Assembly: GCA_963839965.1 (NCBI GenBank)
Contig: CAWIWX010000006.1
Span: forward strand, 33,778-97,777
DNA length: 64,000 nt
Origin: an uncultured Solirubrobacterales bacterium
GTDB taxonomy: Bacteria > Actinomycetota > Thermoleophilia > Solirubrobacterales > Solirubrobacteraceae
Reading direction: 5' to 3'
Each line of letters opens with the position of its first letter. Within the stretch, counting starts at the first letter, position 1. The position numbers and the translations under genes were made by a program. Positions 10,789 to 20,879 of this stretch are shown in pieces. Under the pieces are notes generated by a model that saw only the letters and a program-made list of their open reading frames with translations, had not been told where the DNA came from and made no database searches.

Positions 10789-11895
10789 TCAGCGGTCCCG
10801 CTCGGACAGCTGGGATTCGAGTCCGAGCGCACGCTCGATCAGGTGGCGCTCGGGGTCAAAGCCCGGCAGGGGAACCTCCTCGGGAAATCCGGCCAGGGCG
10901 GCGCTCGGCGCGAGCCCGACGAGCTCGGCGCTCGTCACACGCGCGTGGGCGCGCACGCGCTCGACCACCTGCGCGAGGGGAACCTCATAGGGGCGCTCGA
11001 CGTTCAGCGAGACCTGCGCGACCGGCGAGGAGCCGGCCCGCTCTGCCGGCATCCGGGAAGGCCCGGAGGTATCGCCCGCCGGCCCGGAGGAGACCTCGCC
11101 GGCCGGCCCAACGCCCTGCCGGTTCAGCTCCACTCCGATCGCGCGCACGCCCGGCAGGCCCTCGGCGCCGCCCTCGCGGATCACCGACGCGATCCGCCGC
11201 GCGTCATCCACGCTCGCGGGCGGGGCAAGCTGCAGGTTGAACGCGACCAGCGGCGCGCGCGCACAGACGAGGCTCGCCCCGGCGCTCGGGTGCAGGCGCG
11301 GCGGGCCGAAGTCGGGCACCAGCTCGCCCGCGGCGATGCGCCGCGCGAGCCCGGCGACCCCGCCGGAGCGCAGCTGCGCGCGGGTCCGCCCGCCGGCGAG
11401 CTCGCCGTAGAGGAACACCGGCACCGAGAGCTCATCGCCGATCCGGTCGGCCACGACCAGAGCCTCGGCGAACGCGGCGCCGCGGGAGGGCAGGTCGAGA
11501 TAGACGATCGGAGCGACGTCGAGCGCGCCGACGTGAGGGTGCTCGCCGCGCGTCTGGGCCCCGGCCGCGCCCGGCACCGCCGCCATCACGTCGATCCGCG
11601 CCACCGCCTCGCCCGCGCCCGCCAGCAGCGCATCGGACAGCGCGCCGGCGGGGCCCGCGAGCGCATAGACCGAGCGGTGGTGATCTGAGTCGGAGTGGAC
11701 GTCGAGCAGGCGGACCGTCTCGCCGGCGGCGGAGAAGGCGCGCGAGATCGCCCGCACCGTCGCGGCCTCGCGGCCCTCGGAGACGTTCGGCACGGCCATC
11801 AGTGGGCTCGGCCGATTGGGGGCGTGAGCCGCCTCGATCACGGGCACACAGTAGGGCAACCCACGCGGCGCACCGCCTTCGGGCGCCCGAGTCAC
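10789..11895 (-). CDS. Glutamate formiminotransferase (start uncertain)
   Basis: VPNVSEGR, DSDHHRSV, HPHVGALDVAP, VPVFLYG, LVAFN, AELVGLAP. Confidence 0.88.
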   Translation of the reverse strand: MTRAPEGGAPRGLPYCVPVIEAAHAPNRPSPLMAVPNVSEGREAATVRAISRAFSAAGETVRLLDVHSDSDHHRSVYALAGPAGALSDALLAGAGEAVARIDVMAAVPGAAGAQTRGEHPHVGALDVAPIVYLDLPSRGAAFAEALVVADRIGDELSVPVFLYGELAGGRTRAQLRSGGVAGLARRIAAGELVPDFGPPRLHPSAGASLVCARAPLVAFNLQLAPPASVDDARRIASVIREGGAEGLPGVRAIGVELNRQGVGPAGEVSSGPAGDTSGPSRMPAERAGSSPVAQVSLNVERPYEVPLAQVVERVRAHARVTSAELVGLAPSAALAGFPEEVPLPGFDPERHLIERALGLESQLSERDR

Positions 11896-11953
11896 CCACG
11901 GCTCGCGAGGGCGGTCGGGAAACGTGAGCGATGAGGCTAAACTGCGCCGTCCC

Positions 11954-12027
11954 GCCGGAGTAGCTCAGCTGGTTAGAGCAGCGGAATCATAATCCGCGTG
12001 TCGGGGGTTCGAGTCCCTCCTCCGGCA
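11954..12027 (+). tRNA. tRNA-Met (CAT), probably elongator
   Basis: Acceptor stem gccggag/ctccggc, D-arm agctcagctggttagagc, anticodon stem gcgga/tccgc with loop atCATaa, T-loop ttcgagt. CCA not encoded. Confidence 0.95.
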
Positions 12028-12180
12028 CTTCAAAAGCACTGCAAATGCGATGGTTTGGAGGGTATCAGGGCGGTGGAGGATTTCCCTAGGGATTTCCCTG
12101 GAGGGCGCCGGGAGGACGTCGAGACGTCCAGAGAGCGTCTTGCGTGGAGACGATCGGACGATCAAAGCCGCATCGGGGCG

Positions 12181-13119
12181 CTATCGCGGTACGTTCGCCG
12201 CGCGTGCTTGGGCGTCCACCTTCAGTCGGCTGAAGAGGCCGACCTCACGGTGGGCGGTCTGGTCATCGAGTAGCAGCCGCTCATCAGGCTGGAGCTCAGC
12301 GAGGAAGGCAAAGCGCTCGCGAACGGCATCGCAGATCGCCTGCCGGTCTGTAGTGAGCCCGCGCGGGACGAGCTGCTGGATGTCCTCCCAGCGGAAGCTC
12401 GCGGGCTGTATGCGCGCGAGGAACACCTCGGGATCGAAGCGGGCCTGCTGGCGGCGATCGGTCCACGCCTTGAGGACGGCGAGGCGTCGCACTAGCTCGG
12501 CGTCGAATGGTCGCTGGGTCCAGAGGTAGAGGTCGTAGATGTCCTTGGCTGACCCGCCGAGTCGCCGGCTGCAGGCCATCAGCTTCTCGCCGATCATCTC
12601 GTATGGGTCGATTCCGAATAGCTCCGGCACGCCGCACTCGACGCGGGTGAAGTAGCCCTGTGGGACGAGCGTGAGGGCGCGAGGCGCGAGTACCGGCTCA
12701 AGCCGATAGGAGATCTGCAGCTCAAAGGCCCCGCTTGCGTCTTGGTGCTCGTAGTTGACAGTGCCTGAGAAGTTCCCGTCTTGTGAGTAGCGAAAGTTCG
12801 GTACAGAGAAGCGGATGCCGTAGTACGGGTTGTGCGCCGCGAACGCAGCCTCGATCTCGGCCTCGAAGCCGTTGCGGTGGGTGGCGTCGAGGTCGATGTC
12901 CTGCGAGAAGCGGCCGGTCGATCCGAACACGCACTTTCGCAACGCCGTGCCGCCCTTGAACAGCAGAGCACCTGGTGTTTCGCCGCCAGGTGGCGATCCG
13001 ATGAGACCCTGGGCGTTGAGCAGCGCAAGAACGTAGTGCAGGACGATCTCCTGATCGGCGACCGCAACGTCGATGTGCTGGCCTACGGCGTATTGGCGCA
13101 CGAGTGCCGGAGGCAGCAT
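12181..13119 (-). CDS. Type IV TA toxin, AbiEii/AbiGii nucleotidyltransferase
   Basis: LFKGGTALRK, RFSQDIDL, EKLMA, KDIYDL. TGATG overlap with the antitoxin gene. Confidence 0.92.
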   Translation of the reverse strand: MLPPALVRQYAVGQHIDVAVADQEIVLHYVLALLNAQGLIGSPPGGETPGALLFKGGTALRKCVFGSTGRFSQDIDLDATHRNGFEAEIEAAFAAHNPYYGIRFSVPNFRYSQDGNFSGTVNYEHQDASGAFELQISYRLEPVLAPRALTLVPQGYFTRVECGVPELFGIDPYEMIGEKLMACSRRLGGSAKDIYDLYLWTQRPFDAELVRRLAVLKAWTDRRQQARFDPEVFLARIQPASFRWEDIQQLVPRGLTTDRQAICDAVRERFAFLAELQPDERLLLDDQTAHREVGLFSRLKVDAQARAANVPR

Positions 13120-13946
13120 CAGCGGCCGATCTCTTCGCGCAGCGTCTCGACACCTACGTTGTCGACCACTGCCCACCGCGCCAGTCGCGGGCCGCGGGCG
13201 CCGTACAGCCGTCGCTCCCCGAGATACAGGTAGGAAGCATCGGCGATCGCCGCGCTCGCCAACGGCGCGGGGACCTCGATGTCGAGCAAATCGAGTGTCG
13301 CTGCTAGGCGGCGAAGCGCGGCTGCTCCTGCGGAACGTGTGCGGGCCAGCTCAACAACGCGATCCCAATCTGCGGTGTCGACCGCGCGGCTGGCGACGCG
13401 TGCAAGCCCGAGCGGACCACCGATCCGGCGCGGGAGCGCGGCGCCGTCTACGAGAACGCGTTCTGGGCTGGCCAGCCTGACCGTCACGCCGTGACGCTCC
13501 TCGTCGTTGACACCCTCGGCCGAGAACTCCCGCAGTACGACCAATGCAACGGGCACTACCTTCCAGGCCTTGGGTGCCCTGGCGCCGACTGGGACGGCAA
13601 TCTGGACCGCCGCGGGACGGTCCGGGATTAGGCTGTGCTCATACGCGGCCGACTGAAACGCGACGTAGTAGTGCTGTCGCCAGGTGCTCAGGGCCGCCCA
13701 CGGATTCGGCGGCGCAAAGCCGCCGGTCTCGGCCAGAACCGTCTCGTAGCGTCCGTTCGCCGTTCGGCGCAACCATCCCTTGCGCTCGAGGCGGCTGAGC
13801 ACGTCGCGGATGGATGACGGGGTCAGCGCGAAGACCTCAGAGACGTCCCTCACCGAGACGACCGGGCGCCGTTCGGCCTCCAGCCACGCGACCACCGCGC
13901 CCTCCAACTCACCGAGCGTCCGGGACGGGTAGGGCGATTCGATCAT
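13119..13946 (-). CDS. Type IV TA antitoxin, AbiEi-family regulator
   Basis: Winged HTH LSRLERKGWLRR, YYVAFQSA, SPERVLVD. TATACT 7 nt upstream of the ATG. Confidence 0.88.
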   Translation of the reverse strand: MIESPYPSRTLGELEGAVVAWLEAERRPVVSVRDVSEVFALTPSSIRDVLSRLERKGWLRRTANGRYETVLAETGGFAPPNPWAALSTWRQHYYVAFQSAAYEHSLIPDRPAAVQIAVPVGARAPKAWKVVPVALVVLREFSAEGVNDEERHGVTVRLASPERVLVDGAALPRRIGGPLGLARVASRAVDTADWDRVVELARTRSAGAAALRRLAATLDLLDIEVPAPLASAAIADASYLYLGERRLYGARGPRLARWAVVDNVGVETLREEIGR

Positions 13947-14076
13947 GTGCTCAAGTATAGACGAACTCGCTGTCCCAGACGATCAACCTCTCTACATGAG
14001 CATACACGTCATAAGATCACGACATAGCGCACCTGATGGCGCTCAAGGGCAGCAAGAATGGCCTGGCGACTGTCGT

Positions 14077-14856
14077 CTATCGAGTCGCTGTCTGCCATGT
14101 CTTCGCCGATGTAGTTCCCGCCGTCTGGCGTTGACGCATCTCAAGAGTGGCCCACAGAGCCGAGACGGAGGTGCGGGCGCTAGCATCCGGGGATGCCTCG
14201 GCGATGCGGATGAGGTCCAGCAGCGACGCGACTCTGACAGACGTGCTCGGAGCGATCTGCATGGTCTCGGCATCGCGCACGAGGTCGCGGTAGCCGCGCG
14301 TGCCGGGCGGCAGCGGCGTGGCGTGCAACTCCCCGCCGGTGGGCAGTATCCAACGCTGCGTCGTCTTACCTGTCCCCTCGGGGATCGGCTGGGCGTCGAG
14401 TCGCCGTACGGTCTGCTCGATACGGCGCAGCGCAGTTTCCGCTGGTACTACGTGCAGCGTTCGAGCGCCGAGCATGACCGGCGAGCCGTGTAGGGCGCCG
14501 GCGACGTCGCCGATCACGACGAAACGGGCTTGTCCGGCCAGCTCGGCGAGGGCGCCGATCGGATCAAAGCCCTCTGTGGCCCATGCCGGTGTCAGGCGCC
14601 TAACGCGCTCTGCCGGGTCGAGCCGCAGTTGCCGCGCGATCTGCGCGTCGTAGGAGTCGTCGTAGCGCGCGATACCGACGGTGAGCTCAAGGCCGCAGGC
14701 CCGCAGCGCTTCGGTGACGCTCTCAAGCGGCGGGTGCTGCTGCCCGGTCTCCCAGCGGGCGATAGTTGACTGCGGGCGCCCCAGGCGCCCGGCGAGCTCG
14801 TCCTGAGAGAGTCCTGCGCGCCTGCGCCCGGACACGAGTAGGTCAGAACTACGCAT
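14077..14856 (-). CDS. XRE HTH fused to a degenerate nucleotidyltransferase-like domain
   Basis: RRAGLSQDELAGRLGRPQSTIARWETG, then FVVIGDVAGALHG and VRVASLLDLIRI. TATAAT 6 nt upstream of the ATG. Confidence 0.75.
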   Translation of the reverse strand: MRSSDLLVSGRRRAGLSQDELAGRLGRPQSTIARWETGQQHPPLESVTEALRACGLELTVGIARYDDSYDAQIARQLRLDPAERVRRLTPAWATEGFDPIGALAELAGQARFVVIGDVAGALHGSPVMLGARTLHVVPAETALRRIEQTVRRLDAQPIPEGTGKTTQRWILPTGGELHATPLPPGTRGYRDLVRDAETMQIAPSTSVRVASLLDLIRIAEASPDASARTSVSALWATLEMRQRQTAGTTSAKTWQTATR

Positions 14857-15298
14857 AGCAAGATTATAGCGTAAATAGCATAAAAGATGCAGTCACTGGC
14901 TCCAGGCGTCGCAGCCAGGACGCGCTGCGCCAACTCACGCGCGACGGTCGCTTGCGACGAGTGCGCCGGGGCGCGTACCTCGTGGTCGCACCGACAGGCT
15001 CGACCGACGCTCGTGTTCTGCTTCAAGGGCGGCTTCGTGCTGCGTCACGTCCGCGGACACACCCGCTTAAACACAAGCCCCGGTCTCCCAGGGCTTGTCT
15101 CAAGATGGACCGTAGGCTCACCTGAACAGGTGTACGGCCCACGAACAATATAACACTCGGGTAGTCCTCAATCACGGCGGGCGACTGAATTACATGCATG
15201 GTCTAGGACGCTTGACGGTGACACGGCGGCCGTCGCGCACGTGTTCACGCCAAGTGACCTGTTGAGATTCTTCGCTATCCGTGAGGATCAGAAGTTCG

Positions 15299-15742
15299 TC
15301 AGCTTCCTTGTGGACTGCCAGAACAGTCGCTCGCCACCTTGTAGCGATGGGATAGCCGCCAGGTCTGTCGCGTTGGGGCGCCCCTTCCCGCCACACAGAA
15401 CTGGGGCGTGACATTGTGAGTGCTCGTCCCGTCGCCGAAGCGGAGCTGATAGCCGAGCGCGCCGGGAGCATGAGGCGCATACGCGGTGAGCTTGAACTGG
15501 ACCGGCGAGCCGGCCTTCGCCCGCATCGGCGTGGCCACCAGCGTCACGGCCAAGCCCCCGGAGGGTGCCGTGGCTCTCGATGGGGGTGGTTCCTCCGCCA
15601 CCCTGCCCGGCACCGGCACACGTTCTCCGGGGACTGGTGCGCGTTCTGCGTGAGGGGTGCCTTTGGAGCTGCCGCACCCGGACAGCAGCAGCGCGACGAT
15701 CGCCAGCGAGACCGGATACGGCTTCGCTCCTCTCATGGACAT
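15299..15742 (-). CDS. Putative lipoprotein with PKD-like segment (3' end possibly truncated)
   Basis: Lipobox LLLSGC and LRFGDG motif. Confidence 0.55.
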   Translation of the reverse strand: MSMRGAKPYPVSLAIVALLLSGCGSSKGTPHAERAPVPGERVPVPGRVAEEPPPSRATAPSGGLAVTLVATPMRAKAGSPVQFKLTAYAPHAPGALGYQLRFGDGTSTHNVTPQFCVAGRGAPTRQTWRLSHRYKVASDCSGSPQGS

Positions 15743-15758
15743 GATGACTCCGGCAGGC

Positions 15759-18435
15759 TCAACGGTCCTCGAGCGTGACTGTGCGGGTGGCTGTCTGTGG
15801 CTGGCCCGTGGGAGGCGTGACGGTGATCCGTACCTTCAACGTCAGGTGCTTGCGGCGCTTGAGCTCCCCGTCTGCCCTTGGCGTCGAGGCGCACGGTGAG
15901 CTTCACCCGCCCGGATGCGACATTCTTTCGCACGAGCCGGGCCAGCACGACGGGCCTTCGCTTGCCCTTCTTTGCGGCGCTCGACACCTGCGCCGCGGGC
16001 GCCGCGACCTCGACCTCCACACGGGACCCGGCGAGCTCGACCGTGAGCGAAACCCCCAACGAGTTCCCGTGCTGAACGGCCGCCAGCGACAGGCCGCTGA
16101 ACGCAAGCGTATCGGTGGCCACGCCGGCGCTCGATGTCGTGCTCGTTGCGCTCGGCATCGGCATCGTTGGGAACACGATCGGGGTCACGGTCGCGACGAT
16201 CGGGCTGCTGGTCAGCGTCCTAAACGTCTTTTCTTCACCGTCCCCCTCGCCGGAGGCGCTCACCGCAACCAGGCGGTAGTGGTAGGTCGTACCCGGATTC
16301 AAGCCGGTTATGACTTCTGGGCCCACCGCTGCTTCACCGGCGCCCGGCGCCACTTCACCGCCGACCGTGCTGTGGCCGTAGCCTTCGGCTTCTCCATATT
16401 CAAAGTAGTAGTGCTCCGTCACGGTAGGCTCCCGCTCGATCGTCCCAGCCAGCGCGACCGTGGTGGAAGTCACGCTCGACGCCGACTCGCCGAGCACCAC
16501 GGGAGTAGTTTCCACCGGTGGCGGTTCCGGTGGCGGTGTTTCCACAGGTGGCGCCGGTTCGGTCGTGAACGTCAGAGCCTGCCCCGACGTTTCTCCGGAA
16601 GCGTTCGTGGCGATCAGGCAGTAGGCGTACTCGGTGCCAGGTTCAAGACCCGTCAGTTCACCGGACACCGCGATGGCTTCGCCTTCGACTTCTGCTGCGA
16701 GCGGAGTCCTCTCGCCCCCGGCGCAGCTCGCGCCCTTGTGGTAGGCGAAGTAGTAGCCGGCCTTCGCGCGAGCATGCGGGTTGAGCGTCCCGCATACGGG
16801 CTGTCCTGTGCCCGCGACGATGGGTCCGGCGCATGCTTCGGTGATCGGCGTTTCCGGAGGTCCGCCGTCAACGCTGGGCTCGAACGCGGCGATCCCGTTC
16901 GGCGTGCCCACCCCGCTCGGGCCGTCATAGCCGACGGCGGCATTACAGATCAACACGCCTTCGCCGCAGTCTGTCAGCGACAGCGGGTCCATCGAGCCGG
17001 TGCAGCCGCTCGAGTAGTCACCTTCGCACTTGCCGTTGGCGCCTTCGGTGATGTCGTGCAGCGACGAGGACCCGAGATGGGAGTACAGCGTCCGCGCCGG
17101 ATATGCGACGCCGTGGGCGCCACCCGCGAGCGCGAACATCGAGGCAATGATCGGAGAGGACAAGCTCGTGCCCCCAACCGTCGTCCACCCGGGCACACTC
17201 GCGTTCTTCAAGCCACGCCCCCTGCGAACGTACGGAACAGAGTCATAGACCGCCACCCCCGTGCCGGGGGCGGCGTCCGCGGAGATGTCGGCCACGGCGC
17301 GCCGCCCTTCGCAGCCCACGCTCGACCAGTCGGGAACATCGCGCTGCCATTCCTGGGCGGTGAAGTGCAGGCTGCAACCGCCCCCGCCGCGGCGCCACAC
17401 CGACTCGCCGCTCCAAGCCTCGCCGGGGCCGCTCAGCGTCAGACGGGTGCCGCCCACCGCGATCACGTGCGGCGAGGACGCCGGATAGTTGACCTCGCCC
17501 GCCTTCGGACCTTCAGGTTCTTCTTCTTCTTCAGCGCTCGTATCCCAGTTTAGATACCCGGTGTCGCCCGCAGCGACCGTGATCACCGTGCCGGGATGGT
17601 TGAAGGCTTCGCTGTCCGTGAGCGGTTCTTCACCTCCCCACGAGTCGGATACCTCGCCAGCCCCATCCTTCACCGCGGCGTCCTCCGCCGCCTCGAGGCT
17701 CGCGTCTTGACTGCTGTCAGACTCGACAAGCAGAATGCGGCAGTTCTGGCAGACCGCGTGAGCGACCTCGATGTCCAAGGAGGTCTCGAGCGCCCACCCG
17801 TCGGCTTCTTCCACCTCAATGCACGCCGCTTCCTTGACAGACGGTTCGGCAGTGGCGCTTTCACAGACCGCTTCCTCCTGTTCTCGTTCGGACAGACCGC
17901 CCGGGAAGGGTGGGTCCCCGGTTGCGCCGTTCTGATTGACCTGCTCGAAACACCCATTACCCTCGGTGCATTCTGGAAGCGCGAATTCTTCGTCATACAC
18001 TTTCAGGTCGGCTTCGGCGTCGAGGTCGTCATAGGCGTCCACCAGCGCAATCGTCTGCGGTTCGGCCACGGGCGCATACGGCGGTTCGCCGGGGAAGTAG
18101 GCGCTGTTCAGATCCTGCGGGCGCAGCCCGTAGGCGCCTTCTGACGCTTTGGCCGCCGCGATCGGATGACTGCTCGTGATCCCCAACGGATGCGTGTGCG
18201 CGCGAGCCGCCGCGGTCTCTCCGACCAGCAGCTGCGCCAGACAGCCCGCATGCCCGGGAGCGGGCGCGGCGCACACCGACTGCGTCGTGTAATTCGCGGC
18301 GGGGAGGGGAGAGACGGCGCTCGCATGCGCGAGCGAAACGCACAGCATCAAGCAGGTCACCGCGAAACCGCCGAGGCTCAACACCGCTGTCCGAAGAGGG
18401 AAACACGAGGTCGTGATCTTCGGTGTGGCGCTCAC
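15759..18435 (-). CDS. Secreted S53 (sedolisin-like) peptidase with two Fn3-like domains and a basic tail (indel near 15880; start approximate)
   Basis: ETSLDIE, AAGDTG, YPASSP, GGTSLSSP, GYDGPSGVGTP; Fn3-like LEPGTEYAY and LNPGTTYHYRL. Confidence 0.88.
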
Positions 18436-18539
18436 GACGAGCGAGATCCTTGAGCGTGCTGGATACTGGCTGGGCCGTCGCCGGCGCTTCCGCGACGGCG
18501 CTCGCATGCTGGCGCGCTCGCGTACTCACGACTCGCGAT

Positions 18540-18557
18540 GTACACAATCTGGTACAC
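18540..18557 (+). promoter_or_regulatory. Probable antitoxin operator
   Basis: gtacac direct repeat (18540-18545, 18552-18557) just upstream of the ATG at 18566. Confidence 0.5.
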
Positions 18558-18565
18558 TTTTTTCG

Positions 18566-18850
18566 ATGACGAAGACCATCCCGGTACGCGAGTTTCGCAG
18601 CAACCTGGCCGAGGTCCTCAGCGACGTAGCCGACCGGCGTGACCATGTGGTCGTGACACGAAACGGAAGACCCACAGCCGCACTCGTGCCGATCGACGAG
18701 TATGACGCGCTCGAGGAGACCGCCGAGATCCTCTCCGATGCAGCGACCCTCGAAGCGCTGCAGGCAGGCATAGACGAGCTCGCACGCGGCGAAACTGTCG
18801 AGCTCGGCGACCTACGCAGTGAGTTGGTGGAGAGGCGAGCGGCGAGATAG
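18566..18850 (+). CDS. Phd/YefM-family antitoxin
   Basis: IPVREFRSNLAEVL...VVVTRNGRPTAALVPIDEYDALEET. Confidence 0.92.
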   Translation: MTKTIPVREFRSNLAEVLSDVADRRDHVVVTRNGRPTAALVPIDEYDALEETAEILSDAATLEALQAGIDELARGETVELGDLRSELVERRAAR

Positions 18851-18853
18851 CCA

Positions 18854-19118
18854 GTGGCTCGACTGGTACTCGCTCGGCGCGCGCGCGCCGAGCTTCCTCG
18901 CGCTCGACTGGACGCTCATCGACGCCGCCGAGGAAGCGCTTGGCCTGCTCCAACGAGAACCACAAGCCGGCTATCCATTGCGCGGCAGGCTTGGCGGCCT
19001 GTACTCGCTGCGAGTCGGGTCATACCGGATCATCTACCAGCTTTCAGACGACGAGAAGACCGTTCGCGTCGCCGCGATACGCCACCGCTCCACCGCCTAC
19101 GGCAGCGATCCACACTAG
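18854..19118 (+). CDS. RelE/ParE-family toxin (indel near 18895)
   Basis: GYPLRGRLGGLYSLRVGSYRIIY; directly follows the antitoxin. Confidence 0.88.
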
Positions 19119-19237
19119 CGCTCCAACGATCCTTCGAGCGCCGCCGCCAGAGTCGCCGATGGGCTCGAGAGCTGTCCCACCAAGCGCACGAGTCCAGCTC
19201 GACACCGACGCCGGTATTCCGGTATACTGCAGCGGTT

Positions 19238-19877
19238 ATGGGAGAGGTCGTTGGGGACCATGAGGAGCGCCGGGCCACGCCGATGCACTCGCCCGTCAAC
19301 TGGGCGCTGTTGGGGCTGGTGATCGAACGGCCCAGCTACGCGTATGAGCTGGCGCAGCGCTTCGAGCGCACCTACGGGCAGGCTCTGCCGCTGTCGAGCG
19401 TCTCGCACGCCTACGCGGCGCTGGGGACGCTCAAAGACCGCGGGCTGATCGAAGAGCTGCCGGGCACCAAGACCGGCCGCCAGCCCAAGCCCCACTATCG
19501 AGCCACGGCCAAGGGCATGGAGGACTATCACGCGTGGCTGATCGGGCAGGTCGCGGACGAGCGCCGCCGCCAGGAGGTGTTCCTGCTGCAGCTCACCGCC
19601 CTGACGCGCGAGCCCGGCAAGGCGATGGGGATCCTCAAGGACTACGAACAGGCCTGTCTGCAGAGCAGCTGCACGACGCTGATCGCAAAGGACGTGAGCG
19701 GCGCTCCCGACAGCGCCCTGGAGCTTCCAGGCGAGGCTGATCGCCGAGGAGAAGCGCCTGGCGACCGGCGCCAAGATCGAGTGGGCCCGCTTCGCGCGCC
19801 GCGAGCTCAAGGCGCTCGCGAGCGCCCGGGCGGACGTCCCACCCGGTGGGCAGGCCGGCGGGCGACCGGGGAACTGA
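19238..19877 (+). CDS. PadR-family transcriptional regulator (indel near 19725)
   Basis: WALLGLVIERPSYAYELAQRF...YAALGTLKDRGLIE...YRATAKG. TATACT upstream. Confidence 0.85.
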
Positions 19878-19879
19878 TC

Positions 19880-20599
19880 GTGAGCCTGCTGGAGCTGGCG
19901 CATGTGTGCAAGCGCCGCACCTACGGCGGGCGCACGGTCACCGTGCTCGACGACGCGTCGCTGAGCGTCGACCCCGGCGAACTGGTCGCCGTTTGGGGTT
20001 TGCGCGGCTCCGGGCGCACGACACTCCTGCGACTGGCGGCGGGGATCGATGCCCCCGACTCGGGCACGGTGCGCTTCGACGGGCGCGACTTGGCCGAGCA
20101 CGGCGAGGAGATTCTCGGCCGCGAGATCGGCTACTGCCAGAAGTCGTTTCCCAGCGCCGCCCCCGGCAAGGGCGCGATCGAGGAGGTCATCGTCGGATTG
20201 CTCATCAACGGCGTGGCGCCGGCGCAGGCGCGCGGGCAGGCGCGGGAGGCGCTTGCGCGGGTGCGCGGGGAGGGTTTGGCGCAGCGGCTCGTGCGCGAGC
20301 TCGACAGCGGCGAGCGGGTGCGTTTGGCGATCGCCCATGCACTGGCGCTACAGCCGCGGCTGCTCTTGATCGACGAGCCCGTCGCCGGCGTGGACCTGCA
20401 CCAGCGCGACGACGTGCTGTTGCTGGCGCGTTCGCTCGCCGACGAGGGCATCGCGGTGCTGATGACGGTCGGCGAGCTGACCGGCCTCACCGGCGCCGAC
20501 CAGTCGCTGACGATCGGCGACGGCGAACTGAGCGGCAGCCGCAAGCGCGCGCTCGCGCCGGTAGCGGACCTCAGCCTGCGGCGGCGGGCGAGCGGGTAG
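19880..20599 (+). CDS. ABC ATP-binding protein with degenerate motifs
   Basis: Walker A GLRGSGRTT, signature LDSGERVR, Walker B LLLIDEP, no H-loop His. Confidence 0.88.
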   Translation: MSLLELAHVCKRRTYGGRTVTVLDDASLSVDPGELVAVWGLRGSGRTTLLRLAAGIDAPDSGTVRFDGRDLAEHGEEILGREIGYCQKSFPSAAPGKGAIEEVIVGLLINGVAPAQARGQAREALARVRGEGLAQRLVRELDSGERVRLAIAHALALQPRLLLIDEPVAGVDLHQRDDVLLLARSLADEGIAVLMTVGELTGLTGADQSLTIGDGELSGSRKRALAPVADLSLRRRASG

Positions 20600-20661
20600 A
20601 GGGTGCCGCGCGGCGTGTGAGGTCCTTCAGATTTCTTCAGGGCGAGGAGGGGCAAGCAGGT

Positions 20662-20713
20662 CAAGGACGCACCGAGCGTGGTGTGCTCGGCACACGAGCG
20701 AGGGAGGACGCAG
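20662..20713. repeat. REP-like intergenic palindromic element, copy 2
   Basis: Same two blocks as 3631-3726 with a 4-nt spacer; lies between convergent genes. Confidence 0.75.
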
Positions 20714-20879
20714 AGATGCGCCCCTCCTCGCCCTGAAGCGGCGCCGCGGCCAACTTTGGGGAGGTGGCCGCGGCGCCTTGGGAGTAGGGAGCCTGGCGGG
20801 AGAGGGTCCGCCTTATGTGGTTCCCCTTGGACGCCGCCCGCGAGGGTCACGGAGCGACGCCAAGATTTGAAAATTTGCG

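Noticed and set aside
15072-15097. Hairpin acaagccc/gggcttgt as an att site or terminator
   Set aside because: Single occurrence, no U-tract and no recombinase nearby.
18854-20599. 581-aa RelE-PadR-ABC fusion ORF
   Set aside because: Three separate genes linked by indels near 18895 and 19725; the joining segments are non-homologous.
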